Source of the DNA: Candidatus Coprosoma sp.
Lineage (GTDB): Bacteria; Bacillota_I; Bacilli_A; RF39; UBA660
Reading direction: 5' to 3'
DNA length: 64,000 bases
Assembly: GCA_963928595.1 (NCBI GenBank)
Contig: CAWVFK010000025.1
Location: 4,070 to 68,069, forward strand
Shown: in pieces, positions 9,825-17,163 of the stretch
How the letters are laid out: each line of letters opens with the position of its first letter
How positions within the stretch are numbered: the stretch's first letter is position 1
Translations under genes and position numbers: made by a program
Notes under the pieces: model-generated
What the model saw: only the letters and a program-made list of their open reading frames with translations
Told to the model about the DNA's origin: nothing
Databases searched by the model: none

Positions 9825-10061
9825 ATGAATAGACTTAGAGATTTAAGAGAAGACCACGACTTATTACAAAAAGATATTGCAAAAATTTTAGGAATGTCCC
9901 AAACTGGATATTCTCAATATGAAACAGAGACTAATGATATTCCCACAGCTATTTTAAAAAAACTTGCAAGTTATTATAATACAAGTATTGATTATATTTT
10001 ATGTATAACTAATGAGAAGAAACCTTATCCAAAAATAAAAGATAAAAGAAGTCTTGATTGA
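9825..10061 (+). CDS. XRE-family helix-turn-helix transcriptional regulator
   Basis: 78 aa, MNRLRDLREDHDLLQKDIAKILGMSQTGYSQYETETNDIP, a canonical Cro/C1 HTH. GGAGG SD at 9814..9818. Confidence 0.85.
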   Translation: MNRLRDLREDHDLLQKDIAKILGMSQTGYSQYETETNDIPTAILKKLASYYNTSIDYILCITNEKKPYPKIKDKRSLD

Positions 10062-10099
10062 TGTTAGTCCTGTTTTATTGACATTATGTTTGACTTCTT

Positions 10100-11335
10100 T
10101 TAATATTCTTCTAGTGGTAATGTAATTGTTACTTTTGTATACTCCCCTTCTTTTGATTCATAACTTAAGGTGCCATTATGAGCTTTGATAATTTGATCTG
10201 AAAGTGATACTCCCAGACCCGTACCTCTTTGTTTAGTAGTATAAAAAGGTTCTTTAATTTTGTTTAATAATTCTTTACTCATACCTTTACCATTATCTTT
10301 AATAGTAATAATGATGTAATTTTCCTTTATCCTGTCGTGAACAATAATTTTACCATTTTTATCTTTTGGAATAGCTTCAATACTATTTTTCAAAAGATTT
10401 ATAAACACTTGGGTTAATCTATTGTAATCAGCATTTATGTATATATCGTCATCAATTATTTTAGAGGTTAATTGAATATTATTCTTCTGACACAACATAT
10501 CTATATTTTTGATAACTTCTTCAATTAATAAATTAATATCGATAATGTCTTTGTTTATTTTTACTTTATTCATAGCTAAAAAATCTTCTAGTAATAATAA
10601 AGCTCGATTTATTTCATCTTTTAAAATTGGAATATATTTTTTGAAATGTTTAGGTTTTTCTGGATCGAACATATCTAAATAACCTTTACACACTGCAATG
10701 GGATTTTTTATTTCATGAGTTATTTGAAATAACGAGGTATGGATTTGCTCATTATGTTTTATTTCTTTGATGTTCATATGAAGTTTTAATACTTCTTCAG
10801 TTTTATTTAAGAAATAAATGATAATGTTAGCAACAACATACATATAAATTCCTTCGATAAGAACTTCACTGACATATACTGGGAAAGCATAATTTAAATA
10901 GCTTAATAAAACTAAAGTTATAACTATTTTAATTGTAGTAAAGGTTAAAATAAAGTCATGAATCTTAAATTCTTTAAATAGTTTTAAATAGAACAAGTAA
11001 TAAAGAAGATATTCTAAAATAATAATCGGAAGATAATTTTGGTAAAAACTATAATAATAAGCGATCATAATTACTGATGTTACAAGTATCGAAATTTTAG
11101 ACTTTTTAATATATGCAATGATTAAAGAAATATTAATAATCATAAATGGCATATTCATGTATAACGGTTTTGTATATTTAAAAAGTAAATATAATACCGA
11201 AAAGATAATAACGACAATTAGTAGGTCGTTTTCTTTGTTATTAAATGTTTTGGTATATGCGAGATAAAGTAAGTAGACTGTTAATGGTAATGCAACTAAA
11301 ATAATATCTAAAATCATCGTATCAAATATTTCCAT
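10100..11335 (-). CDS. orphan membrane sensor histidine kinase
   Basis: About 5-6 N-terminal TM helices, H-box HEIKNPIAV, N box NLLKNSIEA, and G boxes DNGKGM / GTGLGVSL. No response regulator is adjacent. Start placed at MEIFDT (ATG 11335, GGTGAT SD), because the longest-ORF ATG (11365) sits 4 nt from the 0A-like boxes and has no SD. Confidence 0.85.
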   Translation of the reverse strand: MEIFDTMILDIILVALPLTVYLLYLAYTKTFNNKENDLLIVVIIFSVLYLLFKYTKPLYMNMPFMIINISLIIAYIKKSKISILVTSVIMIAYYYSFYQNYLPIIILEYLLYYLFYLKLFKEFKIHDFILTFTTIKIVITLVLLSYLNYAFPVYVSEVLIEGIYMYVVANIIIYFLNKTEEVLKLHMNIKEIKHNEQIHTSLFQITHEIKNPIAVCKGYLDMFDPEKPKHFKKYIPILKDEINRALLLLEDFLAMNKVKINKDIIDINLLIEEVIKNIDMLCQKNNIQLTSKIIDDDIYINADYNRLTQVFINLLKNSIEAIPKDKNGKIIVHDRIKENYIIITIKDNGKGMSKELLNKIKEPFYTTKQRGTGLGVSLSDQIIKAHNGTLSYESKEGEYTKVTITLPLEEY

Positions 11336-11369
11336 TTTTATCACCGACATTATTTTACAAAACATAACT

Positions 11370-11386
11370 TGTCGAAGTTTGTCGAA
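11370..11386 (+). promoter_or_regulatory. two tandem Spo0A-box-like heptamers (TGTCGAA) spaced 10 bp
   Basis: TGTCGAA at 11370..11376 and again at 11380..11386. Both are exact matches to the B. subtilis 0A-box consensus and lie just upstream of the kinase start. Confidence 0.5.
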
Positions 11387-11433
11387 AAATAGAAAAATAT
11401 AATATTTTTTAGCAAAAAAGAAAGATTTTTTTG

Positions 11434-11862
11434 TTAATCTTTCTTTTTAAAGACAATTATTTTAGCTAGGACATAATTCATAACTATGACTACGACTTGA
11501 GTAACTAGTTTACAAATGGCATCATTAATATGCATAATACTGAAAAGAATAAACATTAATGACATATCAATTAATAATGATGCTACTCTAGAGCCAAAAA
11601 AGTTGATAATTTCTTTAACTTGTTTTTGTCCTTTTACTTTACTCTTAAAAACATATTTACGGTTAGTAAAATAAGCAAAGATAACAGCGCAGATCCACGA
11701 TAAGACATTGGCTATTTGAATATCTAAATCTGATTTACCAGATAAAAAAGTATTAGTGAATAAGAAATAAGTAACTAAAGTAATTAAGGTAGTTAAAACT
11801 CCAACGATTAAATAATTAATTATTTCTTCATATTTAAAATACAATTCTTTTATTTTTTTCAT
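11434..11862 (-). CDS. GtrA-family membrane protein
   Basis: 142 aa with 4 TM helices and the motif YFTNRKYVFKS, typical of the GtrA-like family. Confidence 0.75.
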   Translation of the reverse strand: MKKIKELYFKYEEIINYLIVGVLTTLITLVTYFLFTNTFLSGKSDLDIQIANVLSWICAVIFAYFTNRKYVFKSKVKGQKQVKEIINFFGSRVASLLIDMSLMFILFSIMHINDAICKLVTQVVVIVMNYVLAKIIVFKKKD

Positions 11863-11872
11863 ACTTTATCCT

Positions 11873-12250
11873 CTATGCGCACCTGTTTGTACTACAAGAA
11901 TTTACATAACTATATTTATATTGATTATTAGAACTATCAAAAGTTATTCTAACACATCCTGTCATAGGCTTATCATTTGTTGGGTCTATTACTTCTTTTT
12001 CACTATCTAGATATCCTTCTTGCTTTAAGAAGTCAATACTAACATCGCATGAAGCATCAGGTAAGCTTCGAACATTATCTGTTCCCCATCTTTCAGCGGC
12101 ATCAATAATAGTGTTTTTTTGTTCATTCAAAGTGTTTTCTCTAGAGTCACTGATTATTCCAACTATGGTTGGAACAGCAATGGTGGCCAAAATACCCAAT
12201 ATTACAATTACGGCTAGTAATTCAATAAGTGTAAAGCCGTTTTTTTTCAT
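11873..12250 (-). CDS. prepilin-type N-terminal cleavage/methylation domain protein (type IV pilin / pseudopilin)
   Basis: MKKNGFTLIELLAVIVILGILATIAVP is a class III signal (G|FTLIE). Cys pairs in the C-terminal globular part. Consensus TTGACA-N17-TATAAT promoter at about 12266..12294. No pilus assembly genes lie in the window. Confidence 0.85.
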   Translation of the reverse strand: MKKNGFTLIELLAVIVILGILATIAVPTIVGIISDSRENTLNEQKNTIIDAAERWGTDNVRSLPDASCDVSIDFLKQEGYLDSEKEVIDPTNDKPMTGCVRITFDSSNNQYKYSYVNSCSTNRCA

Positions 12251-12310
12251 ACTATCACCTAGATTAAATTATACGTTCTTTAAGGTTAGGTGTCAATAAT
12301 GAAGGGTTAC

Positions 12311-12348
12311 ATTCTCCAAAGATTCCCATATTTTGTCAATGTGTAAAT
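12311..12348 (+). repeat. copy A of a ~38-nt intergenic repeat
   Basis: ATTCTCCAAAGATTCCCATATTTTGTCAATGTGTAAAT. Related copies lie at 23631..23670 (minus), 58660..58697 and 58783..58821. Confidence 0.7.
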
Positions 12349-12417
12349 GATATATTTTATTTTAACTTTTGCTCCCTGTGATTTGTCTTTATGTTAAAAC
12401 TATGTTATGATGTATAT

Positions 12418-12532
12418 AGATGAAGAAAACTTCATAAAATATTAAAGGAACATTCAATAATCCGATGTTGAGTGTTGCCACATATAATTGTGTATCACCT
12501 AAATCATTGGATGAGTTAGGTGATTTTCTTTT
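12418..12532 (+). ncRNA. putative antisense (antitoxin-like) small RNA, copy 1
   Basis: TTGTCT-N17-TGtTATGAT promoter (12383..12411). Hairpin ATGAAG/CTTCAT (12420..12435). Hairpin AACATTCAA/TTGAGTGTT. Terminator ATCACCTAA/TTAGGTGAT plus a T-run (12494..12532). No ORF. The ends are predicted, not mapped. Confidence 0.55.
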
Positions 12533-12615
12533 ATATTATTAATATAAATAGTAGAAATACAAGTAGGAAGGTAAGAATGACTAAAGAAAGAATTAAAATA
12601 ATTTTTCTTATTCAT
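12531..12615 (-). pseudogene. type I toxin-like small hydrophobic ORF, apparently disrupted by a 1-nt insertion in an A-run
   Basis: ATG 12615 behind AGAGAGG gives MNKKNYFNSFFSH, which is not hydrophobic. The +1 frame reads (I)RKIILILSLVILTFLLVFLLFILII* and ends at 12531. Removing one A from AAGAAAAAT (12601..12609) restores MNKKIILILSLVILTFLLVFLLFILII. Confidence 0.45.
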
Positions 12616-12742
12616 TATATTGCCTCTCTTCTAAATAGAGGTTTTGTCTCACTAAACTTACTGAATATTTCTTAATACAATTATAAAAAATAATTATATA
12701 AAATAATATATTATACTTTGTAAAAAATGGATGTGATAATTT

Positions 12743-13849
12743 ATGAAAAGTGTGGGAATAATATGCGAATATAATCCATTTCACAATGGGCATTTATATC
12801 ATATAAAAAAGGTCAAAGAATTATATCCTGATTATGTGGTTATTGCTGTTATTAACGGCGATTTTACCCAAAGAGGCGATGTTAGTTTAATAGATAAGTG
12901 GAAAAAAACTGACGTGGCATTGAATTTTGTTGATCTAGTAGTTGAACTTCCATTTTGTTTTGGAACGCAAGCAGCGGACATTTTTACTAAAGGTAGTACT
13001 GATATTTTAAAGGCTTTAAAAGTCGATGCTTTTGTATTCGGAAGTGAAAGTGCGGATATAGATAAATTAAGAAAAATTGTGGAAATTCAGGGAAGTGTAG
13101 AATATAGCAATAAAATTAAACAATATTTGGATGAAGGGTTAAGCTACCCTGCTAGTTTAGCTAGAGCTTTAAAGGATTTGGGAATTATTTTAGAAAATAA
13201 TCCAAATGATTTACTGGGAATTGGTTATATTAGAAATTTAAAAGGTTTAGAAATTAAGGCAATTAAAAGAACTAACGATTACCACAGCTTAGATTTAAAA
13301 AAAATTTCTAGTGCGACGAGTATTAGGGAGGCTTTAAAAAAAGGGATCAACGTTAAAGATTTTGTACCTAAGGAAAGTTATGAGAGCTTAAATGATCTAC
13401 ACTTTTTGGATAATTATTTCGATTTACTTAAGTATAAAATTATTAGTACTGACGATTTAAGTATTTATCAAACCGTTGATGAAGGAATTGAAAATAAGAT
13501 TAAAAAAAATATTTTAAAAGCTCATGATATTGATGAGTTAATAAATTTGGTTAAATCAAAAAGATATACATATAATAAAATCAAAAGAATGCTTTTACAT
13601 ATCTTATGTGGGTTTACCAAAGAAGAAGCGAAAAGATGCAAAGAAACACAATATATTCGTGTTTTAGGTTTTAATGATAAAGGTAGAAGATATTTAAACA
13701 GCATAAAAAAAGAGTGTGAACTGCCAATTATTACAAAGTATGATAATAGCTATGAAATGATGAGAATTGAAAATAGAGTTAGTAATATTTATAATATTAA
13801 AAAAGATGACTTTTTAGAGGAATATAAGCATAAGCCTATAATCCGTTAG
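12743..13849 (+). CDS. tmcAL: tRNA(Met) cytidine acetate ligase (YlbM/UPF0348 nucleotidyltransferase)
   Basis: N-terminus GIICEYNPFHNGHLYHIKK (HxGH nucleotidyltransferase motif). Length and overall sequence are typical of the TmcAL/YlbM family. Confidence 0.85.
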   Translation: MKSVGIICEYNPFHNGHLYHIKKVKELYPDYVVIAVINGDFTQRGDVSLIDKWKKTDVALNFVDLVVELPFCFGTQAADIFTKGSTDILKALKVDAFVFGSESADIDKLRKIVEIQGSVEYSNKIKQYLDEGLSYPASLARALKDLGIILENNPNDLLGIGYIRNLKGLEIKAIKRTNDYHSLDLKKISSATSIREALKKGINVKDFVPKESYESLNDLHFLDNYFDLLKYKIISTDDLSIYQTVDEGIENKIKKNILKAHDIDELINLVKSKRYTYNKIKRMLLHILCGFTKEEAKRCKETQYIRVLGFNDKGRRYLNSIKKECELPIITKYDNSYEMMRIENRVSNIYNIKKDDFLEEYKHKPIIR

Positions 13850-13860
13850 TCATCTTTTTA

Positions 13861-15270
13861 TTATATTGTATCAATTTTTAAGAAGTTAGTTGTTTTAACT
13901 TGATGCATTCTTGGGAATCCACCAGTTACGATAACAATATCACCCTTTTGTAAATCCATAAACTTAGTAGTTTCAGCTTTACAATTATCTATAAGTTCTT
14001 CAAGTGTATTATAATATTTAACAATTACTGGGAAAACTCCATAATTAAGAGCTAAAGCTTTAGCTACTTTGTCATCTGGACAAGCAGCAACAATTGATGA
14101 TTTTGGTTTTAATGTACCAATTAATTTAGCACTATAACCACTAGTAGTTGCAGCAATGATTACTTTAACATCTAATAGGTTAGCACTTTCAACAACATTA
14201 TGAGCAATAGCACTTGGAATGTTGTTTTCTTTAGCGTATGATTTTTGGTTAGCATAATCATAATAACTTTCGGCTTCTTCACAAGTTTCAGCCATGTATT
14301 TAACAGCATCTGCTGGATGTTTACCAATAGTTGTTTCACCTGATAACATAACTGCATCTGTTCCATCTAATACAGCATTAGCAACGTCTGAGATTTCAGC
14401 ACGTGTTGGACGAGCGCTTGTGTACATTGAAGCAAGCATTTCAGTAGCAACAATAACAGTACGTCCTTTTTGACGACATTTTTCAATAATCTCTTTTTGT
14501 AAAATAGGTAGTGTATTCATAGGCATTTCAACACCTAGATCTCCACGAGCAACCATAATACCATCACTAGCTTCAATGATGTCATCTATATTTTGAATAG
14601 CTGTATGACTTTCAATTTTAGAAATTATTTGCATGTCTTCTCTACCTTGTTCTTTTAAGATTTCTCTAGCCGCTAAAACATCTTCTTTACAACTAACGAA
14701 TGATAATGCTAAGAAATCTCCATCGTGCTGACAAGCGTAGATTATATCTTCTCTATCTTGATCACTGATAAAGTCCATATTTAATTGAACTCCTGGAACA
14801 TTGATACTCTTTCTACTACCTAATACTCCACCGTCAATAATTTTACAGTTAATTCCATTTGGTAATTTTTCAATTACTTCTAATTTCATTAATCCATCTT
14901 CTAATAAAATTTCATTACCAACTTCAATACTATCTAATGCATCTTTGTAGTTAACAGTTATAGCTTCTTCAGTTCCTAAGATATCATCTTTAACTAATTT
15001 AATAGTTTTTCCTTCAACTAAGTTGATTTTATCATCAGTCATATTTCCAGTACGGAAATCTGGTCCTTTAGTATCGAATAAGACAGCTACGTAAGATCCT
15101 AATTCTTCGTTTGCTTTTTTAACTAAACTTAAAACGTTACTTTTCTCTTCTTCTGTAGCATGTGAAAAATTAATTCTGGCTACATTCATACCATTTAATA
15201 CCATTTGTTTAAAGGTTTCATATTTGGCACTGCTTGGACCAATTGAACAAATTATTTTAGTTTTTTTCAT
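13861..15270 (-). CDS. pyk: pyruvate kinase
   Basis: MKKTKIICSIGPSS ... NFSHA ... MVARGDLGVE motifs, 469 aa. Start set at ATG 15270 behind AAAGGAGTGG. The upstream extension in the track overlaps mutM. Confidence 0.95.
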   Translation of the reverse strand: MKKTKIICSIGPSSAKYETFKQMVLNGMNVARINFSHATEEEKSNVLSLVKKANEELGSYVAVLFDTKGPDFRTGNMTDDKINLVEGKTIKLVKDDILGTEEAITVNYKDALDSIEVGNEILLEDGLMKLEVIEKLPNGINCKIIDGGVLGSRKSINVPGVQLNMDFISDQDREDIIYACQHDGDFLALSFVSCKEDVLAAREILKEQGREDMQIISKIESHTAIQNIDDIIEASDGIMVARGDLGVEMPMNTLPILQKEIIEKCRQKGRTVIVATEMLASMYTSARPTRAEISDVANAVLDGTDAVMLSGETTIGKHPADAVKYMAETCEEAESYYDYANQKSYAKENNIPSAIAHNVVESANLLDVKVIIAATTSGYSAKLIGTLKPKSSIVAACPDDKVAKALALNYGVFPVIVKYYNTLEELIDNCKAETTKFMDLQKGDIVIVTGGFPRMHQVKTTNFLKIDTI

Positions 15271-16088
15271 GAATACCACTCCTTTTGACAATTTTCGCAA
15301 TAATAAGTTCCGCGTCCGCCAACGGTTATTTTGTTTATCTTTGAATGGCAAATGGGACACTCTTCTTTGGTGTGAACGAGTAAATGCTGTTGGAATCTAC
15401 CATGAACTCCTTCACTTGATTCGTAACTTTTTACAGTTGTTCCACCATATTCTATGGCTTTTTCTAGAACCTGTTTTGTAAAATCTATGATATTTTGGCA
15501 ATCTTCGGCCATTAAATCGGTTGCTAAAGTTTTAGGATTTATTTTAGAGAGAAATAATATTTCATCAGCATAAATATTTCCAATACCGACAATTATAGTT
15601 TGGTCTAAAAGTTCTGTTTTAATCGGTTTTTTGTGAAATTTACTTTTTAAGTATTCTGGGGTTAATTTTTTATCCCATGGTTCTAGGCCTAATTCTGATA
15701 GTGGTTTTTCATTAAATGCTTCATCTTTTGGTAGTAAATACATCTTACCAAACTTTCTTGTATCATGGTATCTTAAATCAGTACCACCGGAAAAATGAAA
15801 GATGACATGTTGATGCTTTTCTATAGGATCATCACTTTGTCTAATGAAATATTTACCTTCCATTCTTAGATGACTTAATAAATAATAATCATCTAATTCG
15901 AACATTAACCACTTACCTCTTCTTAGAATGTCGTTTATTTTTTGATTCCTGATTTTTCTTTCAAACTCTTTAACACTTGGATAGGCAATTATATTTTCCC
16001 AATAAACTGATGCGGAAACTATAATTTTGTCTTTAACCTCTTTTATCAAAGTGTTTTTGACAGTTTCAACTTCAGGTAATTCAGGCAT
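15267..16088 (-). CDS. mutM: formamidopyrimidine-DNA glycosylase
   Basis: MPELPEVETV N-terminus and a C-terminal zinc finger CPICHSKI...YYCENCQ. The stop overlaps the pyk start (ATGA). Confidence 0.93.
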   Translation of the reverse strand: MPELPEVETVKNTLIKEVKDKIIVSASVYWENIIAYPSVKEFERKIRNQKINDILRRGKWLMFELDDYYLLSHLRMEGKYFIRQSDDPIEKHQHVIFHFSGGTDLRYHDTRKFGKMYLLPKDEAFNEKPLSELGLEPWDKKLTPEYLKSKFHKKPIKTELLDQTIIVGIGNIYADEILFLSKINPKTLATDLMAEDCQNIIDFTKQVLEKAIEYGGTTVKSYESSEGVHGRFQQHLLVHTKEECPICHSKINKITVGGRGTYYCENCQKEWYS

Positions 16089-16096
16089 AGTACCAC

Positions 16097-16324
16097 CTAC
16101 TTCTCTTTGTATTTAGCCTCAATAATTATTTTACCCTTTTTAGTTTTTTCTTTTTTAGTAACGCCTTTGATATATGGTCTTATAGCTGTATATATCATAT
16201 ATATTAGCCAGCACACTAAGGCAAATAATAAGATGTAAACAAAGATGTGTGCTAAAAAAATTAAAATAATTATTCCTAAAATAAATAGTAAAACTTTTTT
16301 TACATTAATGTTCAAAAAAATCAC
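16097..16324 (-). CDS. small hypothetical membrane protein
   Basis: About 72-75 aa with two hydrophobic helices and a lysine-rich tail. The start is uncertain: AGGTGA followed by TTG at about 16315 looks better than the GTG at 16324. Confidence 0.4.
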   Translation of the reverse strand: MIFLNINVKKVLLFILGIIILIFLAHIFVYILLFALVCWLIYMIYTAIRPYIKGVTKKEKTKKGKIIIEAKYKEK

Positions 16325-16429
16325 CTAATCAATTATAACATGCTTTCTAAGTCATTTCAATTGAATTTAGGTGTTTTTTACGTGTTTTTTCATATTGACG
16401 AAGTCATGGAAATTTGGTAGAATGTAGTT

Positions 16430-16632
16430 AGTAAATCGATGACAAAGATTAGTAGTATAATTATTATTTTATAGAGAGTTAGTGGTTTGGTGGAAACTAA
16501 CAAATAACTTTATATGAATCTACTTTGGAGAGAAGTTTAAAACACTTCCGGGATGACCGTTATCATAATTAAGACAGCCGTATAGGATGGTACCGTATTG
16601 CATATACTCCTAACACCAGGCTGTCTTTTGCT
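16430..16632 (+). promoter_or_regulatory. T-box riboswitch leader, serine specifier (UCU)
   Basis: TTGACG-N17-TAGAAT promoter (16395..16423). GATGA/AGTA K-turn and S-turn elements. Lower stem CAAAG (16443..16447) / CTTTG (16523..16527). Specifier loop GAA-TCT-A with the codon at 16519..16521. T-box sequence GGATGGTACCGTA (16585..16597). Terminator AAGACAGCC / GGCTGTCTT plus Ts (16571..16630). Confidence 0.85.
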
Positions 16633-16649
16633 TTAAGGAGGGATGGATT

Positions 16650-17162
16650 ATGGATAAATGGTTAAAATATTTTACTAAAGAAGAAGTGGCTGGATTTAAA
16701 AATGCAAGGAACCTTTATGGTAAAGCTTATTTGATTTGTGAAAAGGTTTTCGATGGTAAAACACACTCGTCCGGAGTTCCATATATGGATCATTTAGTAG
16801 CTGTAGCAAATCAATTTACTGATGATAAAGCAAAGGTTATTGCCCTACTTCACGACATTATCAAAGAAACGGGTCTTACAGCAATTGATCTAAACAATAT
16901 TGGTTTCCCTAGTGATATTGTGAAAACAGTATTACTTATGACTAGAGAAAATGGTGAGTCATATGATGAATTTATTAATCGAATGATTAATAGTAAGAAT
17001 AATATGGCTGTACAAGTTAAGAAAGCCGATTTGGAGCAAAATATGGATTTAAGTAACTACGATAGTGTTACCGATGAATATTTAAATAGAATCGATGTTA
17101 AATATAAACCACAATATGAAAAGATTGTAGGTTATTTAGGCGACTTAGAAAAGGAGAATTAA
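16650..17162 (+). CDS. HD-domain protein related to the RelA/SpoT (p)ppGpp hydrolase domain (small alarmone hydrolase-like)
   Basis: 170 aa. GVPYMDHLVAVANQ ... IALLHDIIKETG ... VKKADLEQNM parallels the SpoT/Mesh1 HD-domain blocks. First gene after the T-box, 1 nt from serS. Confidence 0.65.
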   Translation: MDKWLKYFTKEEVAGFKNARNLYGKAYLICEKVFDGKTHSSGVPYMDHLVAVANQFTDDKAKVIALLHDIIKETGLTAIDLNNIGFPSDIVKTVLLMTRENGESYDEFINRMINSKNNMAVQVKKADLEQNMDLSNYDSVTDEYLNRIDVKYKPQYEKIVGYLGDLEKEN

Positions 17163-17163
17163 A

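Noticed and set aside
12311-12348. Reading the 38-nt repeat as a sigma-A promoter in reverse orientation (TTGACA-N17-GAGAAT) or as a sigma-K/sigma-E promoter in forward orientation (AC-N16-CATATTTT)
   Set aside because: The -10-like hexamer is poor. The orientation relative to neighbouring genes is inconsistent among the four copies, and copy C lacks the CATA. It is kept as an unexplained repeat instead.
12608-12793. 61-aa minus-strand ORF
   Set aside because: It spans the tmcAL start and the toxin promoter/leader, has no SD, and shows an AT-driven composition (I, Y, F, K). The interval is better explained by promoters and 5' UTRs.
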